Below, one piece after another: positions 46,924-54,802 of a stretch of DNA of 64,000 nt. The DNA is from Candidatus Aenigmatarchaeota archaeon. Its GTDB lineage: Archaea > Aenigmatarchaeota > Aenigmatarchaeia > GW2011-AR5. Each line of letters opens with the position of its first letter. The stretch's first letter is position 1. Under the pieces are notes generated by a model. The model saw only the letters and a list, made by a program, of their open reading frames with translations, was not told the DNA's origin and did not search any database. The translations under genes were made by a program, and so were the position numbers. The stretch covers positions 263,303 to 327,302 of the forward strand of contig JACPRW010000003.1 in the NCBI GenBank assembly GCA_016193585.1, read 5' to 3'.

Positions 46924-47315
46924 AGAACCCTCGCATAGAGCTTGTTGAGTATCTTCTTCGTGTAGTGCGTCAGGTTCATGCGCTGCATCTGTTTGAGGGT
47001 GAACCAGCCGAGTTTTTGCGCGTCGCTGCGGGCATGCATGCTGCCTGCTGCCATGCCGCGGAAGAGATGCGCTCTATGACGATGCCCCAGTTTCGCGTCG
47101 TGGGTGAATGTGAATAGCGGGCGATTTGGCGTTATGTGCACCGTGCCCACCTCCTCCTTGCATTCACGGACGATTGCCTCGAGCAGCGTTTCTCCTTTGT
47201 CGACGTGCCCTCCGGGAACTGCCCAGTAGTTCCGCTCAGGCTGGTACAGGCGCTTGACGAGAAGTATTCTCCCTTCTTTCTCGATGACGGCTGAAACAGT
47301 ATCGTGCAGTATCAT
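46920..47315 (-). CDS. NUDIX hydrolase
   Basis: PGGHVDKGET...RECKEEVG Nudix box. Confidence 0.92.
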   Translation of the reverse strand: MILHDTVSAVIEKEGRILLVKRLYQPERNYWAVPGGHVDKGETLLEAIVRECKEEVGTVHITPNRPLFTFTHDAKLGHRHRAHLFRGMAAGSMHARSDAQKLGWFTLKQMQRMNLTHYTKKILNKLYARVL

Positions 47316-48019
47316 AGCAGGTCCCGTATCTGCTTGGTCAGACCTGCTGCAGTAAGCACAGGTATGCCACGCGTGCGCGCTTCCTTTACTTGAAAATTAT
47401 TAGAGCCCCACGATGCGAGCGCCGGCTCCACGCCCGTCGATGCTGCGATGTCAAGCTGATCGAGGTTGTTGTCGATGAAAAGTATGTCCGGCATTTTTAT
47501 CTTCAGCGTTCGTGCTATGTGACTGAAATGCTTTTCCTTGTCAGGTGAGAGTTCCTTCGAAAGGATGCGGCTTTCAGGAACTGCAATTGCATACGCTTTC
47601 ACTTGTGCGAGCGTCCCTTCCTTGTCGGATGCGGTGGATATGTAAACAACATGGCTCCGGGAAAGCTGGTTGCATGCGCGTATGGCAAAGCTGAAAGGCT
47701 GTATCATGGAGAGCCATCTTTTGTACGAGTGAGCGATGAGCGAATGGCGGGAAGCATAGAATGCTTTCTTGAACAGCGCTGCCTTGCTCGTATCGTATGC
47801 GCCGAGAGAGGTTACGCCATGTATCTCTTCATTCCCTTCTATGAGCTTCATAACCGCGTATATGTCTTCAGCCTTTTTTGCGAAGGGGTAGAGGCTCCTG
47901 AATTTTTCCAGATTCTTTTTGCTCTCAGCTACAGTTCCGTAAGCTGCAACTGCTTCATGAAATATCTCCCTGAGCGAATCGACCAGGACGCCGTCCTTAT
48001 CGAACGCGATGGCTTTCAT
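47312..48019 (-). CDS. HAD superfamily hydrolase
   Basis: FDKDGVLVDS motif I, ST, FIDN; start reassigned. Confidence 0.85.
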   Translation of the reverse strand: MKAIAFDKDGVLVDSLREIFHEAVAAYGTVAESKKNLEKFRSLYPFAKKAEDIYAVMKLIEGNEEIHGVTSLGAYDTSKAALFKKAFYASRHSLIAHSYKRWLSMIQPFSFAIRACNQLSRSHVVYISTASDKEGTLAQVKAYAIAVPESRILSKELSPDKEKHFSHIARTLKIKMPDILFIDNNLDQLDIAASTGVEPALASWGSNNFQVKEARTRGIPVLTAAGLTKQIRDLL

Positions 48020-48024
48020 ATCGA

Positions 48025-49017
48025 TCAAAATAAGTGTTTGTTGACAAGCTTCGCCCCGTCTCCGGGCTTGCACAGGATTGTTTTCTGCACGCCCTTCAGC
48101 CTGAGCAGTCTTTTTGTTATTTCCCGTTCGTCCTTCTGCAGGCACATGACCTTCACCTGCGGTCCGCCGTCGATGGTGAAGTAGGCCTCAATCCCCTGCT
48201 CGCGCATTGCCATGACTGCGTGCATCACCTCTACTGTTTCAGGAATCCAGTAGAGTATTGCCGGCTTTGTCGTCATCATGAGCGCGTGCATCTTGAGGCA
48301 GTTCGCTTCAGCCGTTGAGCCAACCAGCGCAAAGTCCCTTGACCGTATTCCTTTCCTTATGATGTTCAGGTCGTCCTCAACAGTTCTGAGCCATCCGCCA
48401 TAGAACGGGCATGTTTCGACCGTTTGCTTCATGCCTGCCCTGCTGCCGGTTTTCTTTTTTTCTGTTGAAACAATAGTCGCAATCATTCTGAACTCCGGCC
48501 AGTAGTTCTTGCGCACGATGCTTTCCGCAAAACTGTCCGAGCCGTCAGGCATGACGCCTTTGTGCCATTCAACAAAGCCCTCGCATATGCTTCGCGAAGC
48601 CGATCCAGACCCCTGCCGTGCCAGTATGCCCAACTCCTTCTCGTGTAACGAAAGCCCCGCTGCTTCAGCAGCAGCCACCGTCAGCGCCGCAAGCCCGCTC
48701 GCGCTGCTCGCCAGGCCTGCAGCAACAGGAAAGTTGCTTTCGCTCACGACCTTCGCTTTCTCCTGTATGCCTGCAAGCTTCCGTATCCGTTCAATATGCC
48801 CCAGTATATTTTTCTCGTCCTTCTTCAGTTCTTCGTCGTTGATGACGATGGTATCGCTCCGGTACTTTTCCGAGAACTCGGCGGTCGTTGTCGTCGACAG
48901 CCCGTCGCAGCTCATGCTGATGGACGAGTTCTGCGGCAGGATGAGCGCGTCGTCCCGCTTGCCCCAGTACTTGACGAGCGCGATGTTCGCGTTTGCCGTT
49001 GCCGTCGCCTTTGCCAT
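48025..49017 (-). CDS. mvaD: Diphosphomevalonate decarboxylase
   Basis: NIALVKYWGKRD, GLASSASG, GSGSASRS, TIDGGPQ; start reassigned. Confidence 0.95.
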   Translation of the reverse strand: MAKATATANANIALVKYWGKRDDALILPQNSSISMSCDGLSTTTTAEFSEKYRSDTIVINDEELKKDEKNILGHIERIRKLAGIQEKAKVVSESNFPVAAGLASSASGLAALTVAAAEAAGLSLHEKELGILARQGSGSASRSICEGFVEWHKGVMPDGSDSFAESIVRKNYWPEFRMIATIVSTEKKKTGSRAGMKQTVETCPFYGGWLRTVEDDLNIIRKGIRSRDFALVGSTAEANCLKMHALMMTTKPAILYWIPETVEVMHAVMAMREQGIEAYFTIDGGPQVKVMCLQKDEREITKRLLRLKGVQKTILCKPGDGAKLVNKHLF

Positions 49018-49145
49018 AACGAACCTTTTTGCAGAAAGTAATATAAAATGCACGGGAGGGGAATCAGGAATAGGAGAGAACATGAGGAAGGGTTTTGGAG
49101 TCGGAGAGAACTAATAGTATGTTCAGTTTATTTTGGAACATTTTA

Positions 49146-49509
49146 TCTTGAATGCCTTGAAAATTGCTGCCATCGTACAAAAGACTTCCGTGAAGTCTTT
49201 TGGCGACTTAGGTTAATCCTCGATTAACCTCAAGTCAGGCAGCAGATGCAAAGAAAAGCAACGCTTTTCTTGCACTGGAAGACTGCACGTCTTCCTTGTG
49301 CAACAAGGCATTCGGGATCTTCAAAGAGCAGAGCTCTTTGAGATCTCAAAAACCTCTGGTTTTTGCAGATGCCATGCTCCACGGAAACCACCGACTGCAG
49401 TCGGTGGTATAGAGGAGCATATCATGCTGAACATACAGTATAGCAGGTTCGAACGAAAAGTTCCAGTATTATTCGAACCTGCTATAAGGGAAACCTGAGG
49501 TTTCCCTTG
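49146..49509. repeat. Continuous ~360-bp array of hairpins including an AGATCT-linked double hairpin (49317-49370) and module L (49439-49486)
   Basis: At least nine perfect or near-perfect stems read directly from the sequence. Confidence 0.85.
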
Positions 49510-49518
49510 GGTCCTCAA

Positions 49519-49636
49519 TGGGCCCGGCAGGAATTGAACCTGCGACCTTCGCCGTTTCTTCAACACTTTCCTTCTGAAAGCTTAGTGAAGGCGACATTTG
49601 GTAGACACTCGTCTCATACCACTAGACTACAGGCCC
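49519..49636 (-). tRNA. tRNA-Val(CAC) with introns at about 23/24 (49598-49614) and 36/37 (49556-49584)
   Basis: BHB helices GGTA/TACC and CTTC/GAAG; only these boundaries give a 7-nt anticodon loop; mature 72 nt. Confidence 0.88.
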
Positions 49637-49711
49637 TCAGCACTGCTTGTTCTAGCATTCTATTAAAGCCTACCGGATACTGATTTAAAAATTCACTCTG
49701 ATGAGTAGAAT

Positions 49712-50362
49712 GTGTATAGCGTGAAAAAATTCGACATGCTTGTCTCCGTCTACGTCTTCTGCATCGCGGCAACCGAGCTCATGGGCGCCAAGACCTTTCC
49801 TCTGGGGGAGTTCTTCGGGATTTCCTTCAACGCGAGCGTTGCCATTCTTGTCTTGCCGCTGGTTTTCACGATAAACGACATTATAACAGAAGTGCACGGA
49901 AAGGAGCGGGCGCGGAGCGTCATCATGTCCGGGCTGCTCGTCGTCGCCCTCATTTTGCTGTTCTCGCTCGTGGCCACCAGCCTTCCGCCTTCGACGCGGT
50001 TCCAGAAATCAGAAGCGGCGTATGACGCGGTATTCGGATTGTCCGCCAGAATCGCCGCGGCAAGCCTGACGGCATTTGCCGTTGCAGAATTCCTCGATGT
50101 CATTATCTTTGTCAGGATGCGGCAGGCTTTCGGCAAAAAGGCGCTGTGGCTGCGGAACAACGCCTCCAACTTTATCTCCCAGTTTGCGGATACGGCCATA
50201 TTCATGTTCCTTGCATTTTACGCTATCGACAAGCCGTTCAGCGAAAATGCCGTTTTCTTGTTCGGGCTCATCCTTCCGTACTGGATACTGAAATGCCTCA
50301 TGTCCGTGCTCGAAACGCCGTTGGTCTATCTGGGAGTTCGATGGCTGAAAAAAGGCGAGTGA
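49712..50362 (+). CDS. yhhQ: Queuosine precursor transporter (YhhQ/Vut_1 family)
   Basis: DIITEVHG..RAR, LWLRNNAS..SQ..DT. Confidence 0.88.
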   Translation: MYSVKKFDMLVSVYVFCIAATELMGAKTFPLGEFFGISFNASVAILVLPLVFTINDIITEVHGKERARSVIMSGLLVVALILLFSLVATSLPPSTRFQKSEAAYDAVFGLSARIAAASLTAFAVAEFLDVIIFVRMRQAFGKKALWLRNNASNFISQFADTAIFMFLAFYAIDKPFSENAVFLFGLILPYWILKCLMSVLETPLVYLGVRWLKKGE

Positions 50363-50887
50363 ATGAAAGTTGTCATGGTCGCGGTTTCATCCCTTGACGG
50401 GAAAATAACCAGGGGCAGCAGCGCCGACATATACCAATGGACATCCGGGGAGGATGCCGCCCTGTTCTCCTCGTTGGTGAAGAAACATAATCTCATTATA
50501 ATGGGCAGGAAAACGTACGAGGCAGCAAGGAAGAAAATCAGGTTCTCGCCCGGCAAACTCAGGGTTGTGCTCACGAAAAGTCCGGGAAACTTCAAGGACA
50601 AAGAAGGGCTCGAATTTACCGGCAAGCATCCAATAAAGCTGCTCAGAGATATGGAGGCAAGGGGTTACGAAAGGGCCCTTGTGGCAGGAGGTGGAGCCGT
50701 AAATGCATTGTTTCTGAAAAATAATCTTGTAGACGAAGTCTGGCTTACCGTTGAGCCCTGCATGTTCGGGAAGGGAAAATCACTGGTAGAAGGCGCCGTG
50801 AAGACGCAGCTTGTTCTCATCGGGACTAAAAAACTCAACAAGCGCGGCACACTGCATTTAAAGTATAAGGTCAAGTCTAAGGCGTGA
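50363..50887 (+). CDS. Dihydrofolate reductase / RibD C-terminal family protein
   Basis: SLDGKI, IMGRKTY, VAGGG, DEVWLTVEP..FGKG. Confidence 0.88.
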   Translation: MKVVMVAVSSLDGKITRGSSADIYQWTSGEDAALFSSLVKKHNLIIMGRKTYEAARKKIRFSPGKLRVVLTKSPGNFKDKEGLEFTGKHPIKLLRDMEARGYERALVAGGGAVNALFLKNNLVDEVWLTVEPCMFGKGKSLVEGAVKTQLVLIGTKKLNKRGTLHLKYKVKSKA

Positions 50888-51654
50888 AGGTTTCGCCTGT
50901 AAAAACAGGAAAGATTGTCGCCGGGCAGGACCTCTATTCTTTGCTCGACACGTGCCTGGAAACATGCGAAGAAAAATCACTGCTCGCCATCACGTCCAAG
51001 ATAGTTGCTCTATGCGAAGGCCGCATCGCCAGCATGGATGCGGACAAAAAAGCCCTTATACAGCAGGAAGCCGAATATTATCTGCCTCATGAAGAAAGCA
51101 GATACAACACCACGCTTGCGATAAAAGGGAACATCATCGTCCCTGCTGCTGGCGTGGACGAATCGAATGGCAACGGCTGCTACGTGCTGTGGCCTTTGGA
51201 CCCGCAGAAATCAGCGAATGAGATACGGTCGTACCTGCGCAAAAGATTCTTTCTGAAGCATGCCGGCGTGCTTATAACCGACAGCAGGACAACGCCGCTG
51301 AGACGGGGGACGACGGGTGTCGGCATCGCGCATAGCGGCTTTTCCGCCATCAAAAATTACATAGGTCGTAAAGACGTATTCGGCCGTACGATGAAGATAA
51401 CCAGGGCAAACATACTGGATGCTCTGGCAGCAGCAGCCGTCGTCGTTATGGGAGAAGGTGCAGAACAGACGCCCCTTGCTGTACTCGAGGACATCCCGTT
51501 AGTGGCGTTTCAGGAAAGGAACCCGACACGAAAAGAGCTGCAAGACCTGAGCATAAGCATCGAGGACGACCTGTACGCGCCTATCCTCAAAAGGGCGAAA
51601 TGGAAGAAGGGAGGGCAATATAAAAAATCTTTTTATAGTGAAGCAAATAAATAA
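50884..51654 (+). CDS. CofE-like gamma-glutamyl ligase (putative folate polyglutamylation, FolC2-like)
   Basis: ITSKIVALCEG, AGVDESN, ITDSRTTPLRRG, GEG.EQTP; C-terminal YSEANK* comes from repeat E. Confidence 0.85.
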   Translation: MKVSPVKTGKIVAGQDLYSLLDTCLETCEEKSLLAITSKIVALCEGRIASMDADKKALIQQEAEYYLPHEESRYNTTLAIKGNIIVPAAGVDESNGNGCYVLWPLDPQKSANEIRSYLRKRFFLKHAGVLITDSRTTPLRRGTTGVGIAHSGFSAIKNYIGRKDVFGRTMKITRANILDALAAAAVVVMGEGAEQTPLAVLEDIPLVAFQERNPTRKELQDLSISIEDDLYAPILKRAKWKKGGQYKKSFYSEANK

Positions 51655-51771
51655 TACCGATATTATACATTTGCTTCACATACATGGTAAAGCAAAGCTT
51701 TACCTGTACAGGTGAAACGTTGTTTCACCATGTATAGCAAACAAGGAAGTAATACAAGGTGGATTCCATGA
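51634..51771. repeat. Truncated composite E + X2 + B/X5
   Basis: Near-identical to 43409-43546. Confidence 0.92.
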
Positions 51772-51822
51772 TGCCGTGGCACTCGCATACGTTGTATCCG
51801 TTCTCTGGCTTCTCAGGATAAT

Positions 51823-52467
51823 TTAGCCGATGAGCGTGCCTTTTTCCTTGCCCTCGAGAACGTCGAGAAGCGCTTTCGGTTCCTTCCCGTTCATGATGAC
51901 GGTCCGTATGCGGTGCTTGGCGATGAGGTCGATGGCCAGCGGGTCGAGGATGCCGTAATCGCCCGGCATGCCTTTTTTCGCGTACGCGCGCAGTTCGCCA
52001 AACGGGATGAAAGGGATTTTCTTCGCATGCGTGAACGTGTTCGGGTCTTTGTCGTAGACGCCGTCGACGTTCGTCAGTTTTATGAAATAATCAGCCTTGA
52101 TAGCCACCGCCGCGTACGCGGCGTTCGCGTCGGTGCTTCTCCCCGGAGCGATGCCGCCGATGACGCCGCTCGTGGAGGGGGTGATGTCCCCGAGCGCGAA
52201 CAGGGGTTTTTTCCCCACGAGCAGTGAGAGAAAACGGACGTTGGCACGGAGCAGCTCTATCGCGACCAGTTCCATTTCTTCGTTTTTCATGCCGAGTTGC
52301 TGGAGTATCCGGTAATAATTCCGTACGAATGCGCCGCCGCCGATGGAAACGATGAGCTGGTGCTCATGCAGTCGTTTGAGAACAGGGACGAGCTTCTTGA
52401 AATAGGGAACGCGCGGGCCATCGTCAGCAATGGCAAGCGAGCCGCCGATTTTCACGACAAGCTTCAT
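51823..52467 (-). CDS. pyrH: UMP kinase (archaeal type)
   Basis: VVKIGGSL, GGGAFVRNY, PGRSTDA, TNVDGVYDKDP. Confidence 0.93.
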   Translation of the reverse strand: MKLVVKIGGSLAIADDGPRVPYFKKLVPVLKRLHEHQLIVSIGGGAFVRNYYRILQQLGMKNEEMELVAIELLRANVRFLSLLVGKKPLFALGDITPSTSGVIGGIAPGRSTDANAAYAAVAIKADYFIKLTNVDGVYDKDPNTFTHAKKIPFIPFGELRAYAKKGMPGDYGILDPLAIDLIAKHRIRTVIMNGKEPKALLDVLEGKEKGTLIG

Positions 52468-52494
52468 AGCAAAACAAGTCTTTTATAGTTTCGC

Positions 52495-52971
52495 TTGTTT
52501 AATAAAGTCATGGTCCCTGCTGAGCGATACAAGAAGATGCAGGAAAAATTCCAGCTCCCGCACCTTACCGAGCTCAGGCAGACGTTCAAAATCGAAATCG
52601 ATGAGAATGGGGAGATTATCGACCAGATTCGCAACGAGATTTCTGACCATCTTTTCACGTTCACCGAACGCATCATAGAGCCGATAATATCCGGTTCCGA
52701 AGCGCTCTGCTGCCTCTACGAGCAGGGAATGCTCACGAAGGAGGAAAAGCAGCGCCTGTTCGAACTCTACAGGCAAATCCAGTCGCTCAAGTGGGAAAAC
52801 AACCTGCTCCTCATCAGGCACGACGACAAGGCAACAGCGAAATGGATACGGAAGACGTGGGATTTCTGGAACGAGGACCTCGAGAAGGACATGACCAAGC
52901 TGTGCAAGAAGCTGTCCGCAAGCTGGAAGGATTTAAGATTCAAAAAGGAAAGAACAAGTTATCATGGTTAA
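52495..52971 (+). CDS. Hypothetical protein
   Basis: 158-aa helical ORF with host-like codon usage. Confidence 0.7.
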   Translation: MFNKVMVPAERYKKMQEKFQLPHLTELRQTFKIEIDENGEIIDQIRNEISDHLFTFTERIIEPIISGSEALCCLYEQGMLTKEEKQRLFELYRQIQSLKWENNLLLIRHDDKATAKWIRKTWDFWNEDLEKDMTKLCKKLSASWKDLRFKKERTSYHG

Positions 52972-53357
52972 AGAACAAAAAACAAAAAACGCATTATTTT
53001 ATTATTTCTTCTTTTTCTTCTTTGCCATTGTCACCACCAAAATATTTCTATACTAACACATGAGGTCAGTTCATATATATAGTTAACGGTATTTCCGTAC
53101 ACACGATCGCAATTTTTCTGATTGAGTTCTCGGCGAGCGGATGCAGCGCAATTGCGTGAAATGCGTTTGGAAAAGAATCGTACATGATGTTGCTGTCATT
53201 TGTCTCGCACATCAGGCACGCTGTTCTTGTGGAGCAGCGATGTGTTCTTTTACAGCAGCAACAAAGGAAAGAACACGCCGTTGCGAATCGGGAATGCCGT
53301 ATCCGCTGTTTCCGGTAAAGTATTTATACTGCGGACTGCATTATTATTTAGAGCATT

Positions 53358-53753
53358 ATGAAAGGCCTTTCACTGCCGATAAACCTCATCGTCATTCTGG
53401 CGATTGCGGTGCTTATCCTTGTCGTGGTTTCTGCGTGGGTCGTCGGAGTCCTCACGTCAAACCAGCTATCACTCAACGACAACGACGCGTGGCAGAAAGG
53501 CTGCGGAATCGCCAAGGCGCGGGGCTGCGTGACTAGTGATTTTGCACCGGCCTCGGCCGTCGCAGGCTTGTACATCAGCGGTTACGACCCGCTGGGAAAT
53601 GATCCCCGCGATTCTACCACAAGAGCAACGACATGCTCCCAGACGACCATAACCACGAGTGGCTGCACCGATGATACGGTAAACAATGCATGCACGAGAG
53701 CAGTCCAGGGGACGGGCAACGAAGAATGCAGAAGGCTGTGCTGCGGCTTCTAA
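53358..53753 (+). CDS. Stand-alone pilin-like protein
   Basis: MKGLSLPINLIVILAIAVLILVVV; Cys-rich C-terminus. Confidence 0.75.
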   Translation: MKGLSLPINLIVILAIAVLILVVVSAWVVGVLTSNQLSLNDNDAWQKGCGIAKARGCVTSDFAPASAVAGLYISGYDPLGNDPRDSTTRATTCSQTTITTSGCTDDTVNNACTRAVQGTGNEECRRLCCGF

Positions 53754-54763
53754 AGCCACCGGTCGAGCGACTTCTGGCCTTTTTCCTTCTCTTCGCCAAG
53801 CTTGCGGATTGCGCTGTCGATGCGCTCCTCCGAGAAGTCGTGCTCGTTGCACAGGAGCTTCCTGAGCAGCTGCTTGTTGACCTCGCCAAAGGTGATGCGG
53901 TAGTCCCCTGCAGCAGGGTGTGTGAAGAACTCGTATATGTCTTCGGCAGCCACGTCAAAATTCCATGAAACCGTCTCAAGCACCCCGTCGAGCGTTTTCT
54001 TGTCGCGGACGAGTTCCAGCGCCTTCTTCGGCCCGAAGCCGGCAACGCCTCCCGGGTTGTAGTCGGTGCCGACGAGGATGCCGGCGATAATGAGCTGCTC
54101 CTGCGTGATGCCGAGGCGCTCGAGCGTCTCCTTGAGCAGGATGAGCTCAGGCTTGACGTCAACAATGCCCGTGCCCCGCTTCCGCTTGCCGGTTATCGAC
54201 AGATTCCGGACGAGGCGGGGGCAGCCGAACAGAAGCGCATCATAGTCCTGCGTCGCCGTTGCATAGGCATCGCCGTTTCTGGTCATGAGAGAGCAGAGCG
54301 CTTCTCCCTCCGACGGCGCCTGGACGACGGGGACGCCGAGCGCCTCAAGCAGCAGCTTGCTGTCCTCGATGATGGCATCGGTAACCGTTACGCTTCGCTG
54401 GGCGTATTTCCTGGCAGCCTCGAAATCATTCCGTGCGAGCGCTTCCTGCCATTCGCGCATCGCCTCTGCCCTGACGTCGCGCCGCTGTTCCGCTGTCGCG
54501 TGCTTGAGTGCAGGCGGCTCGCCGTCAAAGACGTAGATAGGCCGCACGTGCGCCTCGAGCAGCTTGAGCGTCCTGTAGAACAGACCGGACAGGTGAGAAG
54601 TGACGTTGCCTCGCGAATCCTTGAGCGGTGTCCCGTCCTGCTGCCTGATTATTGAAAGGAACTGGTATATCCAGTTGAGCGCGTCAATCGCGACCCTTTT
54701 TCCTGCCAGCTGCTCGAAAGAAATTTCATTGCTCTCTATAAGTGCCGTCAGCTGTACGCCCAT
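53750..54763 (-). CDS. fen: Flap endonuclease 1
   Basis: IDALNWIYQFLSIIRQ.DG, FDG.PP, APSEGEA, GTDYNPGG. Confidence 0.97.
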   Translation of the reverse strand: MGVQLTALIESNEISFEQLAGKRVAIDALNWIYQFLSIIRQQDGTPLKDSRGNVTSHLSGLFYRTLKLLEAHVRPIYVFDGEPPALKHATAEQRRDVRAEAMREWQEALARNDFEAARKYAQRSVTVTDAIIEDSKLLLEALGVPVVQAPSEGEALCSLMTRNGDAYATATQDYDALLFGCPRLVRNLSITGKRKRGTGIVDVKPELILLKETLERLGITQEQLIIAGILVGTDYNPGGVAGFGPKKALELVRDKKTLDGVLETVSWNFDVAAEDIYEFFTHPAAGDYRITFGEVNKQLLRKLLCNEHDFSEERIDSAIRKLGEEKEKGQKSLDRWL

Positions 54764-54802
54764 TGCTCATACTCTTGTAAACAAAGTTTAAAACGGGATA
54801 AC

